A DNA stretch of 64,000 nt from contig OZ024742.1 of NCBI GenBank assembly GCA_964016885.1, positions 136,214,001 through 136,278,000 on the forward strand, read 5' to 3'. The DNA comes from Eledone cirrhosa. Its lineage: Eukaryota. The first letter of the stretch is position 1. Each line of letters opens with the position of its first letter. Shown piece by piece: positions 44,991 through 58,570 of this stretch. The position numbers were made by a program, and so were the translations under genes. The notes under the pieces are model-generated. The model saw only the letters and a list, made by a program, of their open reading frames with translations. It had not been told where the DNA came from and searched no databases.

Positions 44991-46419
44991 ATTTGATTAT
45001 AGGGGCGGCGTCGATGTTGGTTAAGGCCTATTGTTTGCTTGTTTTAATGTTTTCAACTCATGTGAGACTGTCTTTCTTTCCTTCTTTACTGAACACACAA
45101 ACACACACTCATATAGTTGTGTGTGTAAATTGCATTGTGCCTTTAGTCTTTTATTCCCGTGCTTTCCCTCTTTATTTGAAGAATTGCATTAAACAATAGA
45201 AAACAAAATCAAAAGAAATTAAAAATAAAAATAAATATAGTAATACAAAATTAACACAAAACAGCAAAACAAAATAAATGAGGAATGAATGGAAGAATAA
45301 AAATAAAACAAAAAAAAAATCAGTTATGAAAATCTATATGTGTTTGTCTCTATATCAGTTATTTTATGTGTGTGTTTATATGTCACTAGGGACATGGTGT
45401 AAGCGCGTACGTATGTGTATGTGTGTGTGTGCTTGTGTATGTTTACCATGAACGGTGTGAGGAGGAAAAGAGAAAAGAGAAAATAGTGTAAGATGTATGA
45501 GGAAAATAGACAGAGACAGGGGTGACATTATTAATAAATGAATAAAGCAGAAAAACCATTCAGGATGTCAGACACACATACAAACATACACACATTCATT
45601 CATATACACACAACACTCATGTATGAAAACACAAACACATATTAATTACTATGAAATACCCTAAAATAGTGGGCAGTAAATTCCACGAAATATTTTCATT
45701 CATTTTATTTATTTATTTATTCATTTATTTATTTATTGAACATATCTCAAAGAATATATATACATAAAATAAACAAAATATAAATTCCTCCTAACCAGCA
45801 GCTATTATGATATTAGGGAACTGAAGAATTCATTTTATATTCAGTAGACGTTACAAATTGGGGTGTGGCGACGACGGTGGACGTGTTGGTGGGGTGATGA
45901 AAGCCCAGTGCTGCTTGGGAATCTAATTTTAAATGGGCCTTTTTTTTCCGCTGTGGAGATTTTGCTGGTGTTGTTGGTACTCATGGCGCTTGTGTGGAAT
46001 GTTTGCTATAGTGATGATGATGATGATGATGATAGCAATGATATAGTGGACCCTTTGACTGTAATTCTAGGAGGAGATTTTATATTGTATACGGCTTCGT
46101 TGGTGGAGAAAGGGCACCGCCCATGACCTTTTTCAGGACTCTCGAGAATAGAGGGTGAAGAGGAGGGAGTTGTTAGATCAGACACTTGGACTTGATTAAA
46201 GAGTCAAAGGATCAGATGGTGGTATTAATAGAGGCATCTGCTTAAGTTTACTATCCAACATTTTATTTTAGCCTATATGCTAGTGTAAATTAATGAAGAA
46301 ATGCGTTCCAGCCATGACCAATCCGTCTTATTTTCAGACAATGCATCTAAGTTTTCACAATCCACCGTGTTCGTTTTTAAGAGAAAAAAATGTGTAATAT
46401 TATGGGACATTTTATCTAA

Positions 46420-46706
46420 AGAAGTCTAAAGTCTGTCTCGAGCCCAGAGGCTTATCAGGATGATGCGCATCCCGGTTTCCATGCCGACTGAGAGTACAGA
46501 ACTTCCCCCTGCACAGAATACCATTCAATAGCAGGGTTAAATCCTTAACTATTGCTGCTGGTACTCATTTTCAGCTGAGTATACTGGAGCAACATGAAAT
46601 ATAGTGTATTGCTCAAAAACGCTACACATAACCAAGGCCTGGCATCGAACCCACGACATTAGGATCGTAAATCCAACATCCTTACCATTAGGCCAGGAGC
46701 CTCTAC
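46420..46706 (-). mobile_element. SINE family B copy (tail type 1)
   Basis: Colinear with 4020-4277: CCCGGTTTCC...GAGTACAGAACTTCCCCCT...CTCATTTTCAGCTGAGTATACTGGAGCAAC...ATCGAACCCACGAC...CTTACCATTAGGCCA. Confidence 0.85.
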
Positions 46707-47674
46707 TTTTGGTTACTATATATTTTTTGTTGCTTTACGATGATGTTATTGCTAATGATGATGATGCCCTTAATTTTACTTAAAGATTATGTTGGTGGAA
46801 TGGGTTAATGGCTCATTGTAAAAATAATTATTGATCATAATAATGATGGTAATGGTGGTGGTTTTAGTTTTTAGTGGTCAAGGTGTGTGATTGTGGGGTG
46901 CTAAAAAAATAATAGCACAGTTAGTAGGGATATTAATTGTATTAGATTCGGTGATAATGATGGTAGTGATGTTGGCGGTTGCGTGGTTAGTGTTGTGATG
47001 GTGGAGGTGATTTGTGTTGACAACGATAATTGATACTTGTAATAATGGCAATGCTAATTGTAATAAGCATAGTTGCTGTCTAATTGTTGTTTTAGCAATT
47101 GTAGTGGTAGTTGTCGTTATCGTGATGGATAAGGTGGGAGGAATGTCACATTAGAGGTTGATTTCAATGGCATTGAGTACAACAGCGGTGTTTGGGTTGG
47201 GAGTAAAATAAATGATAATCGTTTGTTTGGACGGCATTTGTAGTGACAGCGATGGTAGAAGCTGGAAAGATGTTCTTAGTGATGGGGAAGGCAGTGGTGT
47301 AGTCGATAACGTGGTCGATACTATTAAATCGGAAAGTTGAGAATAACGATGGTAGTTAGAACACATCAAGTGATGTTGGGAATATCGAACGACAGTCGTT
47401 CACTCTTCTGAAGATGTGACCATAGTTTTTTTCTCTCTTTTGAAGATATGTCCTTTGGACGGGGCATGCATCAAAGAGATTGTTTGGCTGTAATCGCTAT
47501 AATGCGATAACGGCAGTTGTGGTGGTATCAGATCAGTAATACTGATGGTACTATGATGTTGATTGACCGTACTCGTGGTTTAGACCATTTTAACACTATA
47601 TCAAAGCCAATGAGATCTAACAAGGGCGACGTCACTTCGCTTCTACTGTTGGATGCACACGCTGGTGTATACTT

Positions 47675-47717
<43 letters not shown>

Positions 47718-47746
47718 CACACGCACACACGCGCACATTGTCTGCT

Positions 47747-47784
<38 letters not shown>

Positions 47785-48643
47785 TTCTTACTTATATATA
47801 TACACTCGTGCATATACTCAAATATTATTTTGCTATGAAATTAATCTGCATTTTGGTAAATATATATTCAGCTTCCAATGTAGCACTTATGCATTTATGT
47901 GGTGTATATATGTCTATATATGATAATTCTCACAGATACAAACTTGTAAAGATCTACATTTCCTATACCCTTCTTTCGATTTTTTTTTTTACTGCAAAAT
48001 TTTGTTTTCTGGTGCTTTTATTCTGAAATTCACAGCTCTATCTATCTAAGAATTTAAATAACGGTAATGATTTCTCACAAAGGCAAAGAAAATATAGTGT
48101 AAACCTCCATTTAGGCTTGGAATACCATTTGATATTGCAAGAAATATCTTAAAACTTGTACTTTCAAATTGGTCATAGTCAGTTTACTCACGACAATTTT
48201 GACAAAAACTCTTTGCAATCTGATTTCTGGTATCAGCAGAACAAATTATAGGAGCAACCTTCCGCCAGATAATCAAGCCAAGGGCAACTGAACCAGAAGC
48301 CATCCACATCCTTATGACAACGGCAAATGCTACGACAATGAGTTGATACACGTCTTTGAAATGGGAGGACGTGAGGGTGAACAGTAGATTGAACAAACCC
48401 CAGTACTTGAAAGACATTTAATTTATCTGCCCTCGAAGGACAAATTTCAACAATAAGATATGGCTCATTTGCTGAAAAAGGAATTAAAGAAGCAATCAAG
48501 AAACTATTTGTAAAGTCATGTGCCACACACCTGCGTGTCTTTTTTCGCTAAATATCAAGAGAGAAATACGAAATCTGTCATATTTTTATTGCCGTAGTTC
48601 TTAATAGCACTTAACATTGTTCCATAACAACAACATAGACATA

Positions 48644-49120
48644 CCGCTGAGGTTAACTTTGCCTTTCATCCTTACGGGGTAGATAAAATAAAGTACCAGT
48701 AATGTACTGGATAATTGCTGTCATTGTGCCAAAAAGTAGAAACAATTATTATTATGGGCGGTGGATTGGCAGTATCGGTAGTGGGTCGGACGTTACGGCT
48801 CTTTATGGTCTGAGTTCAAATCCCGCCGAGGTTAACTTTGCCTTTCATCCTTACCGGGTCGATAAAATAAAGTACCAGTAATACACTGCTATATTTGCTG
48901 ACCTTGTGCCAAAAGTAGAAACAATTATTTATTATTATCAGGCGGTGGATTGGCATATCGTTAGAGCGTCGGATAACAAGCTTTACAACATACTGTTACG
49001 GCCCATTATCCCACTAAGGTTAGCTTTGCCTTTCATTCTTACAGGGTCGATAACATAAAGCACAAATAATGCTTCCCCTACAATTGCTGGCCTTGTGCCA
49101 AAAATAAAAACAAATATTAT
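48644..49120 (+). mobile_element. Head-to-tail trimer of SINE family A (48644-48752 truncated; 48756-48929; 48941-49120)
   Basis: Three consecutive GATAA(A/C)ATAAAG cores, each followed by an AAACAA(T)TATT tail. Confidence 0.9.
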
Positions 49121-49497
49121 TGGATGATAGATTTCTAGAGGCGATAAATCTTGTCAGTAAATTCTGTGTATCATTTAGTCCTGCATGTTATCATTATTGC
49201 CACATATCTAGCTGTACATGTTTGGCTAATAATACTTATTGGTGTTAACATACATTTGGTGGACAGGTGTAGTTTATCGTAACAACATTCCTACTGCTTA
49301 TCTTATCAATCTCGGAGAATACGAAATGTAAAAACGAAAGCAAAAAAAGAGTAAGAAAAAATATATTGCTTTTTAGAGATTTAGTCGGACGCTGAACTGA
49401 TCCAGCTACTCTGGTGAGGTTTGTTGTTGATGGCATAAACCAGTGATATTGTTGACACTGTCGTGACCTCGGGCAGACAGTAGTAACATGACAATCG

Positions 49498-49548
<51 letters not shown>

Positions 49549-50029
49549 GTATAGAATAGTGTCCGCAAAACAAGGAAAAGTCAGTGGCTATAGAAACACA
49601 AAATGAAATTAGCTTATCCCCTACCCCCACCCCTCACACTCACACACACACACATTATTTCCCCACTACATTCTCTCACATGTATTCAGTCATGTGTACA
49701 CACGCTCGAAAACGCATTCTCATAAACAGAGTGAGATAATGTGTGTGTGTATTGACTCACAAAAGATGGTGGTGGGGGTACAACTGATGTGTAACTAAGA
49801 TTTTGAAAATGTCTTCCATGCTCTTAGCAAGCAAAAAGTAAACCAATATCCCAGGCAAAAGTTAATTTTGGTAATTGACAGGGGGATGGGTGGATGTTAA
49901 ACATGATGCCTTTCACCCCCACCTATTAATACCCCTTCTCTATTTTTTCTCTACTTTTCTTGACTGTGCTTTCAGACACTGACCAAATATTGAATCCGGC
50001 TCTAGAATGTGTGGTCTGATAGAGAGAGA

Positions 50030-50113
<84 letters not shown>

Positions 50114-50270
50114 ATTTCATTCCGCATAAATGCGTTCTTCATAATTGCATGACTCGTTTAAATAGATAACCTTTTTTTTTCTAAACACCTAACAGTTTAG
50201 CATCAAATCTCTGAAAAACATTGATCGGTTAAATTCATATGCAAATCATGTCAAGTCAATTTCAGCCAAT

Positions 50271-50304
<34 letters not shown>

Positions 50305-50401
50305 TTATATATATATATATATATAACGAAGGAAATGTGGTAAGGAACCAGGTGGACCATAGCGCACCAAGTACTCAATACTTAGGGTAGTAGAGTGGGT
50401 A

Positions 50402-50709
50402 ATAGGAACGAGTAGGACCCCGACGGCTGAGCTCAAGCCGTTTCGACGGCTAATTCTGGACTAAATGAACATTTTTATCCTGGTATATGAATAGCCGAGC
50501 TTCCCAGAGGGTAATTCCATATATGGTAAAAGTGATTGTCACAAGGATTGGTCAAACTTTTGACCAATCCTTGTAACAATCACTTTTACCATATATGGAA
50601 TTACCCTCTGAGAAGCTCGGCTATTCATATACCATGATAAACATTTTCATTTAGTCCAGAATTAAGCCGTCGAAACGGCTTGAGTTCAGCCGTCAGGGTC
50701 CTATTCGTT

Positions 50710-50714
<5 letters not shown>
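50402..50714. repeat. Fold-back palindrome, about 155-bp arms, 2-bp spacer
   Basis: Centre GGTCAAA-CT-TTTGACC at 50557-50558. Arms are reverse complements with roughly 9 differences. Confidence 0.95.
50603..50699 (+). ncRNA. Hammerhead-like motif with long stem II and variant core (mirror copy on minus in the left arm)
   Basis: ACCCU-CUGAGAA-[about 57 nt, CGGCU...AGCCG]-GAAA-CGGCU ugaguuc AGCCG-UC-AGGGU. Stems I and III are perfect with a GUC site. The core deviates from CUGANGA. Confidence 0.55.
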
Positions 50715-50755
<41 letters not shown>

Positions 50756-50847
50756 AAAGTTCTATTTAAAATTGTTGGGATACAAGTAAATATTTTTATA
50801 ACTTAAAGGGTACGTCAAACCTATTTGTAAAACTGTTATATATTGTA

Positions 50848-50912
50848 TTTTGTCTGATGAAGGCATACCATAATTTAATGTGGTATCCCTGAAATATGTA
50901 TAATGAAATAAA
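50848..50912 (+). ncRNA. Degenerate hammerhead-like motif
   Basis: CUGAUGA-A-GGCAUACCA...UGGUAUCCCU-GAAA-UAUGUA, then AATAAA. Stem I is degraded. Confidence 0.5.
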
Positions 50913-50949
50913 TATGGTTTTATAAATATAGTTTCCATTTATTAATATC

Positions 50950-51014
<65 letters not shown>

Positions 51015-51108
51015 CTACGTTTCTTATATATTTGATATATATTTATCCTTATCGAGCCCTCTTTGGATTTTAGTCTTCGAATTTATTATTATTACTATAT
51101 ATATATAT

Positions 51109-51224
51109 CTGAAGAAGGGCTTATGCCCGAAACGTCATTCCCCACCACCACCTCACTCTCAAGAACGTGAAACTAATAAACCCTTGTTCGTACTGCCTCT
51201 CTGTTTTGTTCCCGTTCAATTTTT

Positions 51225-51227
<3 letters not shown>
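51109..51227 (+). mobile_element. PLE pLTR fragment beginning with a hammerhead core
   Basis: CTGAAGA-A-GGGC ttat GCCC-GAAA-CGTC at 51109-51136, AATAAA at 51175, (TA)n on both sides. Confidence 0.65.
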
Positions 51228-51293
<66 letters not shown>

Positions 51294-53636
51294 TATATTA
51301 TATTCGATTTTGCGCAAAATTGATTTGGGAAACTTTTGTTTTCGTGGTAGTAAGATATTTGACCTTGATAAACAACCAATGTCAAGTGAATAAAAAAACC
51401 GAACATCCCCTTTATATTTATCATTTGTTTCTTGGTATCAATATTTTAGTCGCACTGCTTGCATGTATGCATGGTCCCGTAACTCATGAAGGAGTTGTAA
51501 GAGCCCCGCATTGGTATACAGTGGCGTTTCTAAGGCATTTTACAGCCTGTTGGAGCCAGTCTCTTTTCTACAAATTTGTTCCAGATAAGGATAGAGGATG
51601 AGAGAATGGAAGTGAGAAAAATATATAGAAGAAGGATCGACTCCAGTACTAGAGCGGTGCTTTTTTACCGAAAGGATAAAAGGCAAAGTTGACCTTGGCG
51701 GGATTCGAGCTCAGAGAGCATAAAACCAAAATGAATATAGCAGCCTCACTGTTTACGACCTTGTAAATGGCACAATTCCACTGCAAATCAAGATTTTGGA
51801 ATTTTCTTATTTTTCACTTACTATGTGAATTCTTTTAATCGTATACAAATATTCAAATACCTTCGAGATGGACTTTACATAACAGAGTCGATAAAATACT
51901 TGGCATTCAAGATCTCAGGTCGATATAACCGACTCTTTCCCTACTCCCGAAAAAAAGAAAGAAAAAGAAAACTCTGACCTTTTATTTTTATCTTTATTAC
52001 TAAGGGTTCTTGGTGGATAGAGGGTTAATCTTGTGGAAATTAGACACAATTACGTACTTGTACACATCATTCTCCATTCCTTTTTTTTTCTTTCGACATG
52101 GGATGGGTGTGGTACAAGTGTAAATTTCAACTAAAAGACAGACGGAGTCTTGTTTGAGTGAAAATGTATATGTATATGCACGCGGACACACACGTACATA
52201 CATACATACATACATACATACATACATACATACATACATACATACATACATACATACATACATACATACATACGAACGTGCAGCAGCCATAATAATGGGT
52301 CACGTGTGTTTGTATATTTATTTATACAAATACACATGTCTGTAACACTTTAAAATTCATACACACACGCAGACAGCCAATGAATGCTCTATCTCAGTTA
52401 ACAAGAAACTTGCTTTCCAATTCTGCTTCCTAACCTTATATTTATCCCAGTAAAAGTTATTTCATTAAAGTTATAAACATTTAACTTTGTATGTCATTTG
52501 TATATATATGCTGAACGGTTATATAATCATATCTAAGAAAGAAATTATTAAAATATAATTCTTATATCGAATCACATTCACGTGTCAGTAATATACGCAA
52601 TAGGGTTTCTCTTATGCAAACAGTTAATTTATCGAAACGCAAATCTCTTAGTCAGTGTGCTTATTCATATAACACGTATACCTGGTATATATTGCATACA
52701 AATCCTGGACAACAAAAATTAAATACATTCAACTAAGGAGAAACAACTATTTACAATGACAAATGTAGGTTTAGAAAGCAGAATCTTTTGATTGGGAAGC
52801 AAACTTTTTATTGTAACGACATGACGAAGATAGGAAATGTAATGTGTGTATGAATAAATGTTAAAAGAATCACTAGAACTAAATATACAAATGCACCTTG
52901 CGTATTATGGGAAATTTGGGGACTTCAACCAAAGGTTGTCATCGCTTTCTCTTCCGAGGTTAGTAAAAGTAGTGCCAATGTACCGAAGTTGACGATGTTA
53001 CTCCAACACAACGCCAAACTATTCTTTTACTGCAACCAGTAAAATAATATTGTTTATATATATATTTTTTATTCAACGTATTTTACAAATATATGTATTT
53101 GGGTGTGAGTGGGAGGTTATACGCAAATTTGTTTCATATCCAAATTCTAGGAAAATGAAATCTCGTTTCTTCCAGAAAGTCTTCTTTTTCCGTCTAGTCT
53201 TAAATTAGAAACTTTGTAAATATTTATGTAACGTACGCAATTCCCTGGTGTGTATTTAACAAAGTATTAACGCAAATGTGTATATTTGTATATGTGTATG
53301 CATGTATGTGTGTACGCGTATGCGTATATACGTAAAAAGAGATAAGCACACATTATATGTTAAAATGTATGTGTAACTTCCATTTCCCTTCGTCTCATTT
53401 TGTCTGTCTATATGTGCGTCTGTGTATTATGTGAGCATACATGTATATTCTGGTTTTCAAATATATACATATCTAAAACACACATCACACACACATGCAT
53501 ACACTATTCATATTCTTATGTTTGTGTGTGTTATATATGTAATTGTTGGAGATTCATACACATGCAGACGCACAAGTATGTGTGTTTATATATATATTTA
53601 TATAGATATGTATGTGCGTGTGCAAGTATAGTGTGT

Positions 53637-53689
<53 letters not shown>

Positions 53690-53710
53690 TGTGTGTGTCT
53701 GTGTGTGTCT

Positions 53711-53750
<40 letters not shown>

Positions 53751-54579
53751 TAGAGTATGTGTCTGAATGTGATTTATAAATAGATACATAATGGAAAATA
53801 TAAACGCATAAAATTGGATATTCATATCTAAATATTGAATAGATTTATGAAAGTGATATAAAATAAAATTTTATCGGAATATATTTTGAATCGACGCGGA
53901 ATCTTCTTTTGATCCCAGATCAACAAATATTTCATAAAATCCAATTAGTTTTCTTTACACATCTTTCTCCACCTCCCAACTTCTTAAGCTGTGTTTGTGT
54001 GTGTCTGGGTGGAGTGGAGAAAGAGAGCAATATGCGAAACCTCTTATTCTGTTTCTGAACAGATTCCCAAGACACTTCGTGACTACACGTGTATGTGTTC
54101 GTGTGTATGCTTAAGTGTTTCACAAAATATTTTAAGATTTATGGGATAGGGAGGAATATTATGTATATAAACAGTATGCGGAGAGAATGTGGACGACCGA
54201 ATTGTTAATGAATCCAATAACCAGCCAAGGGCGAGTTCGGTGGTTTATATAAATGCGCTATGCCTGTGGTTATGGTTATGATATTTAACTCTTATTTAGA
54301 TTAGTTTTCCTATCTTGAAGAGTGTTTCTTTCGTCATCTCTTTAAAGTAATACGAAGCCGAAACATGAACAAGCAGAAACAAGACGAATGTATGTGCCTG
54401 ATTCAAACCGTTACAGTCGTACTGCGTAGATGTATAGTGATAATATAAAAGTTATATCAAAAGGCTTGTTTATGATATAGCTGCAATTACACGGCACCGC
54501 GAGCAAAGGAAACTTCCGTTTAACCCTCTCTAGAGGGGCTTATAGATTCCCAAATAAGTTTGCATTGTATTAAATTATC

Positions 54580-54920
54580 TGTCTTTCTTCTTTTTTACCC
54601 ACTTATTTCTGGGAGGGTCGTGGGGACTGAGTACTCAACCACGCTTCCCAGTAGTTACTGCCAGAAGCAACCGTCTCCAATTGATTCCGCTGGTGTACCC
54701 CTTGGCCTCCTGCTGGTTGGTTTTTACCCGTAATATCCGCCAAACGATTATTTTCTGTGACATTTTATTCACATGACCATAATATCTGAGTTGTGATCTC
54801 TCAATTCGGAGATGTAGCAGCTCTATCTGGAGCAACTCTTTGATTTCCAACCACTGCACTCTATTGAGTAACGTTACTCCAAGGACTCTTCGGAGGAACC
54901 TCATTTCGGCCGCTTGTATT
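54580..54920 (-). mobile_element. Decayed RTE-clade (Rex3/Expander-like) LINE, 3' segment
   Basis: IQAAEMRFLRRVLGVTLLNRV...LLHLRIERSQLRYYGHVNKM, then an SPRP-like ORF end. Confidence 0.88.
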
Positions 54921-54950
54921 TGTATTTATAAACTTATACAATTATACACA

Positions 54951-55309
54951 TTGGTTTGCTGCCGAGTGCTGCATGGTAGGAACGAAAATCAGTGCTGCAA
55001 AGGCTGAGGCACTAGTCCGCCCATGGAAACATGCGCAGTGCACTCTACATGGGAGTGGTGCTCCACTGAATCAGGTGGAGAAGTCAAGTGTCTCCGGGCC
55101 GTGTTCACGTGTGATAGAAGGCAGGAGGCTGAATTAAGTTCAAAGATTGCCGGAGCTGGTACAGTAATGTCTTAGCTTCAGTATTCGGTCACCAGAAGAA
55201 GGGAGGTAGGTTTAAAAGCCGAATTCATTATCTGCAATTTGGCATTCGCGTAAATCCTCTTCTATGGTCATGAATCTTGAGTAATGACCGACAGAATATG
55301 ATAGCGAAT
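54951..55309 (+). mobile_element. Same LINE, upstream segment in inverted orientation
   Basis: FAAECCMVGTKISAAKAE...LNQVEK.KCL.AVFT...ILFYGHES*VMTDRI**R. This is the region immediately preceding IQAAEM in Rex3/Expander-type ORFs. Confidence 0.85.
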
Positions 55310-55878
55310 GGAGTTCTTTCTTTTTTATAAAATGAATTGGAATGGGGAAAAAAACTATATTTAACCCTTTTTTAAGATATGTTTTACGAACCTCGTGCGT
55401 GATTCAAGTTCGATTTCCAATCTCCTGTATTACACTCATCCCGATTTCCAATCTCACGTATTTCCCTGATTCTTTAACAGTAAGCCTGATTACTCTATTG
55501 ACAGACACCACTGAAAAATATATAAAAATAATTGACTCTAAAATACTAAAGCGTGTGATAAAATACTCAGCCCCCCACCCTCTCTTCCGCATATGATTAA
55601 TGACTTAATTACGTAATCTATCGTTTCAATTCTAACTAGGTTTGTATGAATCAGAAGATATTTTGAAAGTTCCTTCTTGATACCCTCAAAAACATTTCCT
55701 GGCACGCACAAGCACCCCCCCCCCACACACACACACTTAAAACCAAAGCTTACTCACACTGTTTATAGCTAAACTTTCATTATACATAGGAGTGGTTATT
55801 ATTTATATGTGTACCCATACTGTTAACATACATTAATGTTTATATACAAATCTACTTACATCTTTTATTAATGAATTA

Positions 55879-56150
<272 letters not shown>

Positions 56151-56539
56151 ACTTTGGTGTGAACAATCTTCGTTACATATATTATATACAAATACACAAC
56201 ATAATGTATATATGTAAGAAAACTGGGTGTTATGTTCTCACCAAAAGGAAAAGAAAAAAAAACGAGTTCAAAGAAGCCAGGAAAGAGATTCAGATGACGT
56301 ATATATTATTAATGGAAGTTAGTGGAGAGTCTGTAAAACATCTGTTGGAGAAGAAGAAATCTAGGAAGTGATGTCTTCTCTCTTCCGCCTCCTCCTAGTT
56401 GCCCCTCCCCGTTCCCCCTTCTTACATCGTCGTCACGATAATTAAGTTTTTTTTATAACGTCTTTATTGCTGGTGACTCTTATAGCTTCTACCACACCAC
56501 ATCTTCCCTCAAAGACGACTTCTACTATGGCTATCAACG

Positions 56540-56742
56540 CCTCCACCACCACCACCACCACCACCACCACCACCAACACCATTACCACCACTACTACTCC
56601 TACTACTACTAATACTAATACGATCAACACTACTACTACTACTACTACTACTATCACCACCACTACTACTACTATCACCATCACCACCACCACTACTACT
56701 ACTACTAGTACTACTACTACTACTACTACTACTTATTATTAT
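56540..56742. repeat. (ACC)n/(ACT)n trinucleotide microsatellite
   Basis: Direct reading. Confidence 0.9.
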
Positions 56743-56928
56743 TGGTGGATTGGCAGTATCGGTAGAGGGTCGGACGCCATGCTTTGAAGCATAGAGTTAC
56801 CTCCCTTTATGATCTGAGTTCAAATCCCGCCGAGGTTAATTTTGCCTTTCATCCTTACGGGGTCGATAAAATAAAGTACCAGTAATGTACTGGGATAATT
56901 GCTGGCCTTGTGCCAAACGTAGAAACTA

Positions 56929-56968
<40 letters not shown>

Positions 56969-56982
56969 CATTATTATTATTA
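56743..56982 (+). mobile_element. SINE family A copy with expanded (ATT)n tail
   Basis: Full consensus match followed by about 16 ATT units. Confidence 0.9.
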
Positions 56983-57858
56983 TGTTTTTTTTTATTGGCC
57001 CAAACCTAATACTAATGACTGTTACTATTACTAATGAGCACTACATACATCAAATCTCGACCTTTTTCAACTTAGCTTTAATGATCAAGCCAATTCATTT
57101 CACAGAACATTTCACCTGCAATGACCACTGATAGTGCAGACATACATAAAGAGCCATACACATACGTGCGCGATCACATACACGCATCTCTGACTACGAC
57201 ATTAATTTTCAACTTAAATACAGACAAGTCGACATGACCTGGGTTTAGTGAAGGTCTCCACTTCACTTTGTGAAGCAAGTTTCAATTCATTAAGAATGTT
57301 TGCATTCAATGCTTCATCGCCCACGTTAATTTATTTAAGAAGTCTTACTTCCTATGAAAATCTGTGAATAACAAGCAAATTTACTGTAGTGACATCAATA
57401 AAAACAAGCACTGTTTCTCCTATAATCATTGAAAGTGGTATTTGAGGAGGAAGAAGTAGATGTTATTTAGTTTGATCAGCAATTGTGATACTGGTCTTTT
57501 AACGAGAGAGAATCGCTTCAGCATAAGGTCTTCGGCAATTATCAGTAGTCAAGGTGTAGGAAGTTATGAGAAGAGTAAATGATATGGGACAGAAGGTTGA
57601 TGTGAATGAGAAAAAAGTGTTATACATAATGATTTATAATTAATATGTATGGTTTTATGACGATCGTCAGCCCCTTCCTCTAAACGCGCTGTTCTCCGTC
57701 ACTAGGGGTATTTTACTTAATTTTCTAAACTATTATCTATAGCGATCGGTTGTTGTAACAGTTACTTTCTACGTTTGGAATGGCTACATTTTCGAAATGT
57801 TCTAATCATCCAGCGCCTCGATAATTTATGAAAAAAATAGTCACACACACACACACAT

Positions 57859-57894
<36 letters not shown>

Positions 57895-58311
57895 GCACAC
57901 ACACATATATATATATATGCACACACATTCACACATGTGTGGGTGGGTAATAGCTGCGTTGTTCTCAGTGAGTCATAAGCTCTTATATATAGGAACATTA
58001 AAAAAAATCTCTCAGACATTTACACGGGACCTTCTGAAGTCAATATAACTGACTGACCGTTGAAGTAATTTCTGTTTAAGAAAGGGGTCAAGCGATTTAC
58101 TTCTTATGATACAAGTGCATGCAATAAATAAATATCAAGGCGCACAATTCCTTATATTGTCTGTGTGTATGTATTTCAATATTCCTGTATATCATATCTC
58201 CCATTTCTAGCTGTATTTGCTGCTTCGTAGTCTCTAAATGGTAGTTACTTGTGGAAGCTGTTATTTCACACAAAATATTGTGGTTCAAAGTTAAATTATT
58301 TTGTTATATTA

Positions 58312-58505
58312 TGGGCGGTGGATTGGCAGTATCGATAGAGGGTCGGACGCCATACTTTGCACCATGGAGTTACGGCCCTTTATTGTATGAGTTCAAATCC
58401 CGCCGAGGTTAACTTTACCTTTCATCCTCACGGGGTTGATACAATAAAGTACCAGTAATGCACTGGGATAATTGCTGGCCTTGTGACAAAAGTAGAAACA
58501 ATTAT
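58312..58505 (+). mobile_element. SINE family A copy
   Basis: GGCGGTGGATTGGCAGTATCGATAGAGGGTCGGAC...GAGTTCAAATCCCGCCGAGG...AGTAGAAACAATTAT. Confidence 0.9.
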
Positions 58506-58570
58506 ATTAATCTATGTGTACACACGTAGGCATGTGTCTCTTTATTTAGACATACATATGTCATAACGCA

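Noticed and set aside
48184-48540. Coding-looking unique stretch
   Set aside because: May be a decayed transposon ORF, but I could not recognise any motif confidently; blastx is needed.
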